A stretch of DNA of 64,000 nt, from positions 672,001 through 736,000 of the forward strand of contig CM000432.1 of the NCBI GenBank assembly GCA_000165345.1, written 5' to 3'. Below are positions 1 to 15,000 of the stretch, piece by piece; within the stretch, counting starts at the first letter, position 1, and every line of letters begins with the position of its first letter. A program made the position numbers and the translations under genes. Below the pieces are notes generated by a model that was given only the letters and a program-made list of their open reading frames with translations, did not search any database and was not told the origin of the DNA.

Positions 1-3000
1 CCACGAAATTAAATATGACAGCAACTTCATTTACAGCAACAGGCGCAGCTGCTTCAATTATCTCGAATAGACTTTCATTTATCTATGGCATTAAAGGACC
101 CTCTGTAACAATTGATACTGCATGTTCGTCTTCATTAGTTGCATTAGATATTGCAAAAAAAGATATTAATTTTGGTAATATAGAAACAGCAATTGTAGCA
201 GGCGTGCAGCTTTTATTATCTCCCTTGTATTATATAGTTTTTTCCAAAGCTAATATGCTTAGTCCTAGGGGAGAATGTAGAGCATTTGATGAATTATCTG
301 ATGGATTCTTAAGAGGAGAGGGTTGTATATCATTGATAATAGAAAACCATTTAAAATCCTTTGGAAAAAAAATATATGGTCGAATTTGTGGTACAGCTGT
401 AAATCAGGACGGAAAAAGTGCGAGCTTAACTGCCCCGAATGGACCTTCTCAAAAACGTGTAATTATTAATGCAATTGAAGATTCTTGCATTTCGAATAAT
501 GATATATTTTATATAGAATCTCATGGAACTGGAACACCTTTAGGGGATCCAATAGAATTCGGTGCAATATCAGATGTTTTTAAAAATAGGGCAAATAAGC
601 TTTACATTGGAACTCTAAAACCTAATATTGGTCACTTAGAAGGTGCTTCTGGAGTTGCTGGAATTTTGAAAGCTATATTAGTAGTTAATAATGGAGTAAT
701 TCCTCCGAATATTTTAATAAATAAGTTAAATTCAGGTTTATGTTTTGATGATTCTAATATGAACATAGTATTTCCTACAAATAAAGTTGAAACCAATTCA
801 AAAAGTTTAATTGCAGGAGTATCATCATTTGGATTTGGTGGAACAAATTCTCATATAATTGTAGAAACAGGTGACAGTGTGAATTCATGGGAATTACCTA
901 GAATAGATTTCAAAAGAAAAAAATTTCCATGGATTACTCCAGCACATCCATATATTGGACCAAAAATCTCAGGATCTGATAATCTGTCTCACCCATCAGA
1001 ATTAGGTCTTATAATTGATGAAATGAGTAATATTACAAATATTAAAAAACCTGACTCAAATATAACCAGATTTGTAAGAAATGTTGGTGAAAATGTGTTC
1101 TCATCAATAGTTGGTCATGTGATACAAGGAAAGATTATTTTTCCTGGATCTGCATTTATTGAAATGTCAATAGGTGGACTCATTAATTACTCTATTCGGA
1201 GTGGAATTAAAGATGTAAGCTTACTTACTATTAGCAATATTCAATTCATTAAGCCTCTAATTTTCCCAAATGAATTAGGACGGAATCCTCAAGGAAAATT
1301 AATATGTGACATTTCTCCATATGAAAATAATAATAGGAAATTAAATATACGTATTTCAACATCAGGAATTGAATATGGTATTGACGAAATGATCTATCAT
1401 TCAACATTTACTGCAGAAATTAGTAATGATGACAATTTGAAGCTTTCTGATGAGACAATAAACTTTGATAAATGCTCAAATTTTAATTCTGATCAATTTT
1501 ATTCAGAATTAAATGAAATAGGGCTAAATTATTCTGAAAAATATAAATCTATTAGAAAAATATATAAAAACAAGACTGAGATATTTGGAATTATTGAAAT
1601 TGATTCTTTAAATCGAGAAATTGATACATTTTTCTTACATCCTTCATTATTAGATGGATGTTTTCAATTATTCGCTTTATTTATTGAAAATCATGAAAAT
1701 AAAGCCAATAAACCATTTATTCCTGTGAGTATTGAAGAAATGATATTTAAACCAATTTTCAATAATAATAAATATATTGTTCCTTATAACTCATTAACTA
1801 ACTTGAAATTTATTCATCCAATAAATAGATTATTTGCTTGCATTAAAAACAAAAAAATACTAAATAGCGAAGGAATAAAAGTAGACATAAATATATATAT
1901 TAGAGACGAAGGAACTGATGGGTTAATACAAATATGTGAAATTAGAAATCTGCACTTCAGAGAATTGATTCCGATGAAAACCATAAACTATCTCCCAATA
2001 AAAGATCATTACTCATGGATATCTACTTATAGAGAATTAGAACACAAATTTGATAATGATGAAGAATTAAATAAGCTAAAGTTTCTTTTTACATCTTTAG
2101 AAGTGAATAAATTATCACTCGAACAGTTTGATTACTTTGATAACAATAAAATTCTGAATTTGATTCAAGAAAATATTTTTTCCTTCAGTACTATACCTGT
2201 ATATATTACAAGCACAAACGAAAAAGATTCATATAAAGAGCTTATTTCTATACAAAGAACTCTTCAAAACATTTATAAAAATATTGATTCATATAATAAA
2301 TTAACAATTATTTTTGTCACTATCGGTGCGAACTTATTATGTGGCAAAAATACTTTATCATCTCACTTTCAATCATCTTTACTTTCATATTTAAGGTCTG
2401 CGAGCAACGAATTCAATCAATTAGGAAAAATAAGTTTGATTATTGTTGATTGGAATAGTATTTCAAACCTAAAAATTAACAAAAACTTTTGCCAAATATT
2501 GAAATTGATATATAACAATGTTATAAATAAAAAATGGTTTGAAAAAGAATATCAGTTACTAGAGTACAATAATGAAATTAAAATCAAAACTATTAAAATA
2601 AAAGAGTCAATTAGTCCATATAATAATTATATGGCTTTAAAACTTACAAATAGAGGAGCAATATCGAATATTATAACCAATTTACAGAAGTTTAGGGTTG
2701 TTCCTATGGAAGGGGAGGTGGAAATAAGAATAAGAGCAATTGGCCTGAATTTCAGAGATGTTTTAAATGTTATGGGATTATATCCTGGCGATCCTGGAAA
2801 ACCAGGGAGTGATTTTTCGGGTACAGTAGTATCTGTAGGGCCTGGAGTGAAAAATATTCAAGTTGGTGACGATGTATTTGGTCTTTCTCAGGGTTGTATT
2901 GAAACATATCATACTACAAATGCTTTGTTGGTTGCGAAAAAACCTAAATTATTAACATTTGAAGAGGCTGCATCAATCCCAACGATTTTTTCAACAGTAA

Positions 3001-6000
3001 AAGTTTCTTTAAACCAGTATTCAAAACTAAAAAAAGGTGATTGCGTTCTAATTCATGTTGCTTCCGGTGGAGTTGGATTAGCTGCAATACAAATTTGTTC
3101 TAGAATTGGTGCAAACATCATTGCTACAGTTGGAAGCATTAAAAAGGTTGAATATCTCAAATCTATTGGGATTAAATTTGTTTCAAGCAGCAGAGATTAT
3201 ACAAAATTCTCTCAAGATATGAAATATTTTATGAGTGAATTGAATATTGATGGTGTTGATATTGTTATAAATAGCTTAGTAGGAGAATTTATTCCGTTGT
3301 CAATGAAATTTTTAAAAAGAAATGGAACTTTTATTGAACTTGGAAAACGTGAAATATTAAGTGAAAATCAATTAAAAGAAATTAGGACAGACATCAATTA
3401 TCAAACTGTTGAATTTGACAAGTTGGTTGAAAATGACATTGTTTGGTTCCAAAATCTATTACAAGAGATAATGATAGATATAAATAAAGGAAAAATCCAA
3501 CCAATACCAACTAAAGTATTTAGTATTCAAGATAAATCAGGAATAATTGACGGATTTAGATATATACAACATGCTAGCCACATAGGGAAGGTTATACTGT
3601 CAAATCCAAGCACTTCAATTTGCTCATACAGTAAAGATGCATACATTATTACCGGTGGGATGGGCTCACTTGGTTTGGTTGTTGCAAATTGGTTAGTTGA
3701 AGAAGGAACGAAAAATATTATATTAATGGGTAGGAGTTCAATAGATTTTGAAAATAAATTTGCAATCAAGCTATTAGAGTTAAGTGAGAAGGGAAAAATA
3801 AACTTGGAAATGCTTAAATGCAATATTTGTGATTTAAATTCACTATTTAATATTATTAATAAAATTAAAGGAAAATATAATATTAGAGCAATCATTCATG
3901 CTGCAGGCGTGCTTAATGACGGGAGCATACTTTCGCAAACTGATTCAACTTTCCTGAGTACATTTCTTCCAAAATCTATCGGGGCTTGGAATATTCATTA
4001 CATTACAACTTCCTTACTAGAGCATATTCCACTTTTAATTATGTTTTCATCAATATCAGCACTGATAGGAAACAATGGTCAGACTAATTATTCTGCAGCT
4101 AATGGCAATATTGATTATTTATCAGAGATACGCTCTCAACTTGGAATGAAATCAATCAGTATTCAATGGGGTCCTTGGGGTGAACAAGGCATGGCAAAAG
4201 AAAACTTAAATTTAAAAATGTTAAAAGCAATTGGACTAGTTCCAATAAAAAATTCCTTAGGTCTTATCTCACTAGGAGGAATAATTTCTAATTGTATGAT
4301 AAACAAAGTTAATAAATATATTGTACAACCATTAGATCCTTTGGTCGTAAAAAATAATGCATTAACACACATTTTCAGTGAAATTGAATCAGAAGTACAA
4401 GAAACAAGAAATGGATATCTCTTTTCGACAATGAACTCGGAAGAATTACATTTATTCGTGCTTTCAAGTATTAAAGAAGCAATTTCAGATGCAATTGGAA
4501 TTGATGTTAATCTTATTGATTCAGAATTGCCATTTAAAGACCTGGGAATCGATTCTTTGTCTGCAGTAGAATTAAGAAATACTCTAACTTCAAAATTTGA
4601 AGTTAATCTTCCTCCAACTATAATAATTGACTATCCAACAATTTCAGAACTTTGCAAATATATAGAGATGATTATTGGAAAGAAAAATGTTAAGGAATTT
4701 GATAATAAAAATATAATACATTCTAATTTTAAGAAAAGTGATATTTTTATATCAGGAATTGGAATCAGAGTCCCCGGGGATGCAAGTTCAGTTTTTAAAT
4801 TCTGGAAAAACATGACTAGTCTGGTAACCTGTATATCTGAAATCCCTTATGAAAGATGGGATGTTGATAAGTTATTTGGAGATTACAATGACAAAAATGC
4901 AACATATTATACAAGAAAGGGAGGATTTATTTCTATCGTTGATATTTTCGACTACTCTAAATATCAAATATCGAAAGAGGAAGCAATTCAAATGGATCCT
5001 AATCAAAGGATAGCTTTAGATACTTGTTTTTCTGCATTATCGGATGCAGAGATTGAAATTAAAGATTTATTCAATACAAATGTGGGTGTATTTGCAGGGA
5101 TGTGTAATGATGAATGGGCAATACTTTCATCTAAAAGAAATTATTGTAATGCATTTTCAGGAACAGGAAATGCAAAATCAATCATTTCAAATAGAATCTC
5201 TTATGTGTTTGGACTAAAAGGTCCGTCAATAACTATTGATGCGGCATGCGCTTCTTCATTAATTGCAATTGATCAGGCCATAAAATCATTGAAAAATAAC
5301 GAATGTAATATGGCCATTGCATTTGGAGTACAATTGAATTTATCTCCGAACAATTTTATTGTATTTAGCAAAGCAAAAATGTTGTCCAAAAATTCTGAAT
5401 GTAGAAGTTTTGACAAAGATGCGGATGGATTTGTAAGAGGAGAAGGGTGCGGAGCTATTGTACTATCGAACAATAATATTAAAATTAAAAAAAAATGGGG
5501 AAGGATATTAGGATCATCTACAAACCACAGCGGAAGATCAATTTCCTTAACAGCCCCAAATGGAGTTGCACAGCAAAAAGTTCTTTCCACCGCACTAAAT
5601 ATTGCTCGGGAAGAAAATAAATCCGATATTAGGCCTGGATATATAGAATGCCATGGTACTGGAACATTACTTGGAGACGCAGTTGAATTTGGTGCAATTA
5701 AAGAAGTATATAAAGATATGTACAAAATTATCGATAGTAACATCGACTCTCCACTTATTTTAAGTACAGTAAAGCCACAAATTGGACATTTGGAGGGTGC
5801 TGCAGGAATTGTTGGATTTATCAGACTTCTAGTAGTTTTATCATTTGGAGCAGTTCCAGCACTGTTAAATTATAAAAACATCAATCCACATATTGAAGTT
5901 GAAGATTTCAATATCGTTTTCCCTAATAATTCAACGTGGAAATTAAATAAAAATGTGGGAGGAGTTTCTTCATTCGGATTTGGTGGTGCAAATTGTCATA

Positions 6001-9000
6001 TATTAGTAGAGGGAGTTAAACAAAAGAATCCACTAATCAAAGATAATGAAAAATTGATATTTATGTTTACAGGGCAAGGATCTCATTACGATAAGATGGG
6101 TATTGAATATTATAATTCTAATGAAATATTTAGGAAATCAATAGATGAATGTTCAGATTTTCTGGACAAATTCCTCGATATTCCATTGAAAGAAGCAATG
6201 TTTATAGAAGGAGCCAAAGAAAAAATTAATATTGATGTTGAAATTTATAATCAACTTTCAATAGTTTCAATTGAATATGCTGAAATGATGTTATTAAGAA
6301 GTATTGGAATTTTTCCAGACATTATTTTTGGTCATTCTTTGGGCGAATATTTAGTGGCTGTTGCGGCTGGAGTAATGACAATTGAAATTGCATTGGAAAT
6401 AATATATCGAAGAGGTATAGTTATCTCTAAATTTGGAAAAAAAGGGATTATGGTAGCAGTAAGACGTTCTGAAGAACAAATTAAAAAAGCTATAAAACAA
6501 TTTGAAAATAGTCTTTCTCAAGAGCAAAAACTGAAAATAAGTCTTGGATTAATAAATGCTCCAAAAAATTGCATTATTAGTGGAGAAGAAAATCAAGTAA
6601 TGGCAGTATTAGAATTATTGGATTCCAGTAAGTCATATAAAAAACTTCCAGTTTCATATGCATTTCATTCAGTAATGTTTTCTGAGATAAGCAACATTTT
6701 ACATGAAGAAATAAAAAATAAAAACCTTAATTATATAGATAAAAAAGTCATAGTTTTTTCATCAATTTTGGGTTTAATGGTTAAAGATGAAATGTCAAAT
6801 TTAAACTATTGGTCAAGCCAGTTATTTAAACCTGTCAATTTTTATTCGATGATTAAAAATTTAGAAGAATTCATTATAAAAAATGAAATTAAAGTGAAGA
6901 ACATAATAGAGATTGGTCCAACTTCGTTGTTAACTCCGCTTTTAAAAGCTTCTTCAAAAGGGATATTAAACAACGCAAAGTTTTATTCCTTGATGAAAAA
7001 AGACTCGAATGTTAATCCAACTGAAGTTCTAGAAAATATTTGTTCTAATGTTAATATAAAAATCGCTAATAGATCTTCAAATGAAAATAATTTACCAAAA
7101 ATTGATTATCACCTAAAATGGAATGAAATATCACATCCATTTTTATTAAAAAGAATGCTTTCACCAATAATTAATTTAAATAAAATAGTTAAAGATTTAA
7201 GCTTTGTTTATGCGACTCCTTTGACGGAAAAAATATCTAAATTTTTCCACGGATATAAAAGAAATGGTGCATTCGTTATGCCAGAGATAGCCTTAATCGA
7301 AGTAATTTCAGCTGCAATAAACGATATTAATTCTCAAATTAGTATGATCGATAATGGGTTTTTATCGGTTGAGTCGAATGTTCCGATTTTCCAGCTTGAA
7401 AAAATCCATTTTGGAATTCCATGGGAATTTAGAACTTACAAAACTCAAGATGATAGACCTACGCTGATTTTTACCTTAGATTCTCGTAGAAATATTTCAA
7501 TTAGTTCAAATAAAGGAGGCCACATTAATGCAGATTTAAAAAAGAACTCAATACATCACCTGGATGCAAAATTAAATGTTTATTTCCCTGAGAATAAAAG
7601 AGAGTCAATTAAATTCCCAATACATGCTTTAGAAAATTCTGAAGCTTTATTATTTGAAGAAATTTACGGGCCAATAATTAAAGGATCTTTCCCAGTTATA
7701 AATTCAAGTAAATGCATTCGAAAGATAGTATTAAAAGAAAATGAATCATTTTCAATTTTAAAATTAAATTTCGATATGGAAACAGACTTAGAACCATCTG
7801 GAATTAATATGGGGTTATTTTATTCTATTGACAGATTTATGAATGTTCATCCAATGATACTTGAGTCATCAATTCACACAATTATGTTGGCTGCAATAAA
7901 AAATAATAAACATTTTGATTTATATTTTCCTACTAAAATTGACCTACTTAATATATCTAGCATTGATTTTACAAGGAATGTCTATGTTCATTCTGTTATT
8001 AGAGAACAAAATGAAGAATATATATTGGGAGATATATTGATTTATCATGAAAATCAATTTGATTTTCCTATTGTTGAAATAAGAAAAATTAGACTCGAAA
8101 AACTTAATTTCGAAAATAAAATACCTTTACTTTTAAATCAAGAATATGCATTTTTAAAAGAAGAATGGGAATTGCAAAATAATAATGAGCAAAATCATTA
8201 TGATAAAATCATTATATTTGGTTGTTCAAAAACATTTGATTTGTTTAAAAAAAACCTGGCCCAGAATATTTATTTTGTTGAAAATGAGAAAGATCTTCTG
8301 ACATATCTAAATTCAATCTCATCCTCAAAAATTTTAATTATAAACACATTTTTCCGAAGCGGAACTAAGTTTGAAGTTATTAGCAATGAAATTGAACTAA
8401 TTAAAGAAATAATTATTTCAAATGATAATTTCCAAAAAAAACAGAATAATTTTATCACGTGGTGGATAGTAACTAAGGGAGTAGTACTATTTAGAAATAA
8501 TCAAAGTATTAATAACTCAATCTGGAAAAAAATCAAAGAAATAAAGGAAAAAATGAGAGATTATTGCAGGGTATTTATGACAGATACAGACGATATTTAC
8601 TCAATTAATAATATAATTAGTTATCAAAAAACAGATGAATGTTGCTACAGGAATGGAGCTATTTACTTTTTAACGTTAAATTGTAAACAGTTAATTAATC
8701 ATAGGGTTTTTGATTTACGGAAAAATAAGAATCTGTCCATAGAAATAATTATGGTTGAAAATATAATAAATGAAAGCTTCAAATTCTTAGGAAAAGTTGT
8801 TTATTCTTGTAATACAAATATTTTGGGTCAGTACGTAATTATCGAGAATAATAATGATATTCAACACGAGATAAAAATAGGTGATTTAGTTATCACTGAA
8901 GTTGATAATAAATATTTGATTGGAATCGATGATTATAATTATTTTGGTCTAAGAAGCAATGTTGCACTTCCAAAAATTCAATATATTTTTGATAAAATTC

Positions 9001-12000
9001 CATTTAATTTGTTTGAAAATATAGTTATTAAAATTTCTAATAAAAACAAATTAGTAAAAATATATGAAATATGTTTCAGTATAATAATTAATGTATTAAA
9101 GCTAAATTCAGTGAACAAATCAAGAAAAATAACAGTAATTGGTAATTATGATGAGAAATTTTCGAAAATAATTCTATCTTTGGGTTGCAAATTAAATATT
9201 GATAATTTATCTAAGCCAGATTGTTTAATACAAATAGGTGAAGAAACCAAATTATTTAATATTAATCAAGATCCAATTGCTAAATTTAGAATTGGAATTA
9301 ATCATGAAGTTATAAATGAATGCAATAATGAAACTATACTTAATCCTAATTATCAAGAATCTAATCAACTTAAATTAGAGTTATCAAATCCTTATTTAAA
9401 TAAAACAGAAAAAATTAACTTTGTTAATAAGTTTGGATTAATACTAATTACAGGAGAAATGAAAAACATTACTTTGATAATAAACTGTTTATTTGCTTTG
9501 GGTTACAAAAAAATTGCATTAGTTAAAATGGACAATAATGCTCTTTCTGAAAAAATTTCTGAATTCGGAGAAAGTATTAAACTATTTAACTGTTTACCTA
9601 ACAAGGTTTCGATAAACAATTGTTTTAATAAAATTATTTCCGAATATCAAAATTTGGAAATAACTGGTTATATCCACTTAAGCTCTATTGAAATACTTAA
9701 AACAGATCAAGAAAAAGTGAATAATTATTCGCTAATTCCCTGGAATATCCACAATTTAGTTACAAAAAAAGGATATAATCTAACATTTTTCGTGATAATT
9801 TCAGGTATTTTTGGGCAACTTGATCAATTAAAATTTGGAATTGCTGAAAATTTATTTGAAAACCTAACATACCATAGAAACGAATTATTAAAACTTCCTT
9901 CAACTTATATTCTGGATAACAAAATTGTAAATTATATTGGAGGCAATAAAAGTTCATTATTTTCTATTGAAAATTATATTAATAAAATACCATTATTTAC
10001 AAATCTATTCAGTGAAATAATTAATAGTAAATTAAATGGAACTATAGTCCCCATTGAAATTGATGAAGAAGTTATTAATCAATTATCTAAAAATAGTACT
10101 GAAAAATCTAAGAAACTTTATTTTAAATTTGTTGAAAAAATATCTAGGAAAAATTTCAATAATATCAAATATGTTAAATTTTCAAATAATTTGTCTAAAA
10201 GAAAAAAGTTGATCGAAGAAATGGTATTAAAATCAGTAAATTCATTAATTCCAGAAAATAAGAAGTATAGCATGGATGATTCATTATTATCGATTGGTAT
10301 TTCTTCATTAAGTGCTATAGAACTTGTAAATAAATTGTCTTCAGAATTTAACTATGAAATATCACCATCTTTACTTTACGAACACCCTTCTATTAATTCA
10401 ATTATTAATTACTTGTTAAGTTTAAGTCATCATTTTGACGAAAATATTGAATATTTTGATGACAAAATAAATAGTGAAATTATTGAGAAAAATACTCTGC
10501 TAAATATTAACAACTACTTCATAAATCCTGAAATATTGGTTTCTTCAGTCAATAATGATTTAGATTTAAACTCCAGAATGTGTATTGTTGGTATGGCAAA
10601 CAACATCCCTGTTGCAGGTGCCTCAGTAGGTTTATTTTGGCATCTATTGAAAGAAAATAAAGATTTTGTAATAGAGGCACCAATAAATAGAATTGATTGG
10701 GGAGATTCTTTAAATACTGATCAATCAATTATTGGAAAAAGCTATTGTAATCATGGAACATTTATAGAAAATGCACATCTATTTGATAATGAATTCTTTA
10801 AAATAAATGAATATGAAGTTTTACAGATGGACCCACAACAAAGATTAATATTGGAAGTTTGTTTTGATGCATTACATGTTTCAGGATATAAAAATTTAAA
10901 TGAAATGACCAATTTAAATTTTGGGGTTTTTATTGGTAGTTGTACAAATGATTGGTTGGAAAAATTGTCTGACTTAGATTCCATAAATGCATATTCAGGT
11001 ACTGGGTTTTCGTCATCACTAATATCTAATAGGGTTTCCTATTCTTTTGGTTTAACTGGACCATCATTAACTATTGATACTGCATGCTCATCTTCACTTG
11101 TTTCTCTAAATATTGCAGTCCAAAATATAGAAAAAAAACAATGTAATGGTGCAGTTGTAGCAGGAGTGCAAATGACATTAAACAAGACGACATTTATTGT
11201 TTTTTCTAAATCGATGATGTTATCTAAAGATGGAAGATGCAAATCATTCGACTATTCTGCAGATGGCTTTGGAATTGGAGAAGGGGTTGCTGCAATAGTA
11301 ATTTTGCCTAAAAAAGAATGTGAGAGGAAAAATAAAAAAGTACTTGCCTATATTTCAGGTTCATCTGTAAATCAAGACGGAAAATCTGCAACACTAACTG
11401 CTCCAAGCAAGAATTCCCAAGTTAAATGCATTAACTTGGCTCTTTCTAGTATGGAACATATTCATCCTTCAATGGTAACGATAGTAGAGGCTCATGGAAC
11501 TGGTACATTAATTGGAGATTCCATTGAAGTAAGTGCATTATACGAAGCGTACTGTTCTTCTGAAAGAAAATCGAAATTAATGATAGGAAGTGGCAAATCA
11601 AATTTTGCACACACTTTTGCAGCTTCTGGAATAATTGGATTAATTAAATTAGTTTTAAGTCTCCATAATTCTATGATTATTGGGAATATACATTTAAAAC
11701 AACTAAATCCATATATTGTTCATTACGAAAAACTAATAATTCCAAAAATAAACACATTAATTCCAATTGAAAGTGAAGTAGCTTTTGGGTCAGTTTCATC
11801 ATTTGGATTTGGTGGTACAAATTCTCACGTTATAGTTGGTGTGGAAAAAAGTGATTTTGATATAATTTCATATATTCAAAAGTCTAAATTTAATAATTTT
11901 AAGAGAAAATCATTTGAATGGAAAAATTTTCCAATTTACGATTCAAATAAACCAATTATTGTATATACAAAAAATAGTTCAGGAATTTTTGAAAAATGTG

Positions 12001-15000
12001 ATTCAATATTATTAAATAACTTTAACCCAAATATTGAAAACATATTTAGAGAGTTTTTTAATCTCGCCAACAAGTTACAGAATAACAATGAATTTGGTGT
12101 CAGAATAACCAGGTTTAGGCACTATGGTCGAGAAAAAAATGATTTATATTTATTAACTTATGAAAATTGCAAAGACAAGTATCATGTATCTCTATGGTCT
12201 ATTGAATATAAATTAATTAGAGAAAAAGAGATATTTTTGGATATTTTCTCTCGAGGAATTTCAATTATTTCGGAATGCATTGTAGAAAAAGACTATAGAT
12301 TTGAATATTATTTATTGGAACAAAATATTGATATCAAAAAAGATAATCTAGCTATTTCTTTGGATAATACAAATGTAAATGATATTATACAGGAGAAATT
12401 ATCGATAACATCATCGAATAATATAATCGACCAAATTCTTAATCGCATTTCAGAGTTTATTGATATAAATTATTATAGTATATCCGAAGTAATATCGTTT
12501 GTTAATATTCTGGATTTTTTAAATAGTAAGAATATTGAATTATTGTACCAAGTAAATACAAAATCTAAAAATAATAAAGTTCCCATTCGTTTATATTCTC
12601 AATACTTACAAGAACAACTAATTGAAGACGTTTATTCTGTTAAAAAATCATGGAGATGCATATTAGAAATAAATTTATTACAACAACCTCCAGTTATTAA
12701 CCCATTTTCCAACCTGCTAGAAACAGCTTCGAGAAAAATTCCGGGAAGCAAAGAAATTGAAATAATCATTAATGCATTTTCTATTACAGAATGTTTTGGA
12801 GAAAAAATATTTGGGATCTCTGGAACTATAGTATCAAAAGGAAACGAAGTTTCCGATTGGAAAATTGGAGATAATATTATTGGAATTGTTGAAAGTAAAA
12901 TAAATCAATTCATTACAACTTCAAACCTAGTTTTCAGAAAACCGTCATTTTTATCTCATGAAGAGTCAGCATTACTTTTGTTACATAGCCCTGTAACTGA
13001 AGAAATTATTAGAAGAATTTCTGAATTGAAAAGGCAAAACTGTATATTAATATTCTCAAAGTTAAATGGAGTTTTTCTAACAGTAATAAATTACTTATTA
13101 TACTCTGAGTTAAACTTTACTGTAGTAATTAGCGAAAAGAATGTATATAACTTTTTATTATCTATTGGGGTCAAAAAAATTGTTATGAAAGATAATATTG
13201 ATATTATCAAATCTTCAACAGACAACTCTTATCCAGATTTATTGATTACTGATGAAGTTTTAAATTTAGACCTAATAAATATAATGGATAATAATGGAAA
13301 AATTATATCAATTAATTCAAAAAACATAAATTATTGGAATGAAATTGAAAGGAAAAATATTACATACGAGAATATTTCCATCATTGACATACTTAGTAAA
13401 AAGAATATGGATCAAAATTTCGATATAAATCGATTAAAAAAAGAAAATATTTTCAATTTTCCGATTTTAATTCAAGAATATAATTTTGATAATTTAATGA
13501 TAAATAATTGTAAAAACTATAATTATTTGGGTGAAATCGTATATTCATTAAGATCTAATTTATCAGAAAATATATTTTCTTTCAGCAAGGAATTATTTAC
13601 TTCATTTAAAAACAATGAAATGAACGCGTCACGACATAATTTACGTAATTTTATTATCAACAAATTATTAAACAATTATTCTAATACTATAATAATTGAT
13701 GGAGATTATTTTTCAATAGAAGATGCTTGGGAAATTTATTATTTAATTACATTTATTCAACTAAGCTTCAGGGAAATCTTTATCATATTTTCCCAAAATA
13801 ATAAAAATATAGAATACAAATATTTAGCAAAGAAAATTATAGAAAATGGATTCAAAGCAATGATTGAATTAAAAAATTTCGATCAAATAGACAAATTTAA
13901 TTCAATAAATATTCCTATCTTTATAGACTTTAAATTGGGAGGTTTTAATAGGTTATTGAATAATGATCTAGTTTGTTCTAAAAAAGAAAATGGATCCATT
14001 AAATTTAACATAATTTCAGAAAGAATCAAAAATATAATATTAAATATCATTAAAATTGATAGTAAAAACCCTATTGAAGAAAAGAAACTATTTGACACTC
14101 CAATTCGTGAACTTGGTGTTGATTCGCTTGAGATTACTGAATTAAGAAGTATTCTATCCAAAGAGTTCGAAATTAAACTGCCAATTTCTGTATTATTTGA
14201 TTATCCTACGCTTAACGAATTAATTGGATATATAGAGAATAATTCATCAAAAGAAATTAAAATAAATAAAACTGATTTAAAAATAAACTTTGATGGAATG
14301 AAGAAATTTAATATAGGAATAATTGGTGCTAGTTGTACGCTTCCTACTGGAATTGATAACCTTTCTTCTTTCTGGGAGTCACTCATGCTAGGCAAATGCG
14401 GCGTCAATCTGATTCCTTATAGCAGATGGAACTGTGAATTAGAGAATGATAGCATTACAAAAAATATATCAACTATTTTAGGGTTAGAGCTCTTTGATAA
14501 TAATTTATTTGGAATATCTAACATAGAGGCTCGTACAATGGATCCACAGCAAAAACATCTTTTAAATTCAACATTTAATGCACTAGTTTCTTCAGGAAAT
14601 TCTATTGAATCAATAAAAAATACAGACACAGGAGTATTTGTTGGATTGTGCAATATTGATTGGTCTTTGTACCTATTAAACGAAAGATCATGTAATTCTG
14701 CGTACATCGGTACTGGGACTGCAAGTTCTATTGCTTCAAATAGACTTTCTTATTTTTATGGTATTAAAGGTCCTTCAATTACAATTGATACCGCATGTTC
14801 TTCATCTCTTGTTGCAATTGATGCTGCATTTAAAAACATTTCACTTGGAATATGTGAAATGGCAATAGTATCTGGTTCTCAATTAATAACAACTCCAAAT
14901 TTATTTTCTGTATTTTCTAGGGCAAATATGTTAAGTAAAGATGGCCTTTGTAAATCATTTGACGAATCTGCCGATGGTTTTGGCAGGGGTGAAGGTGTTG

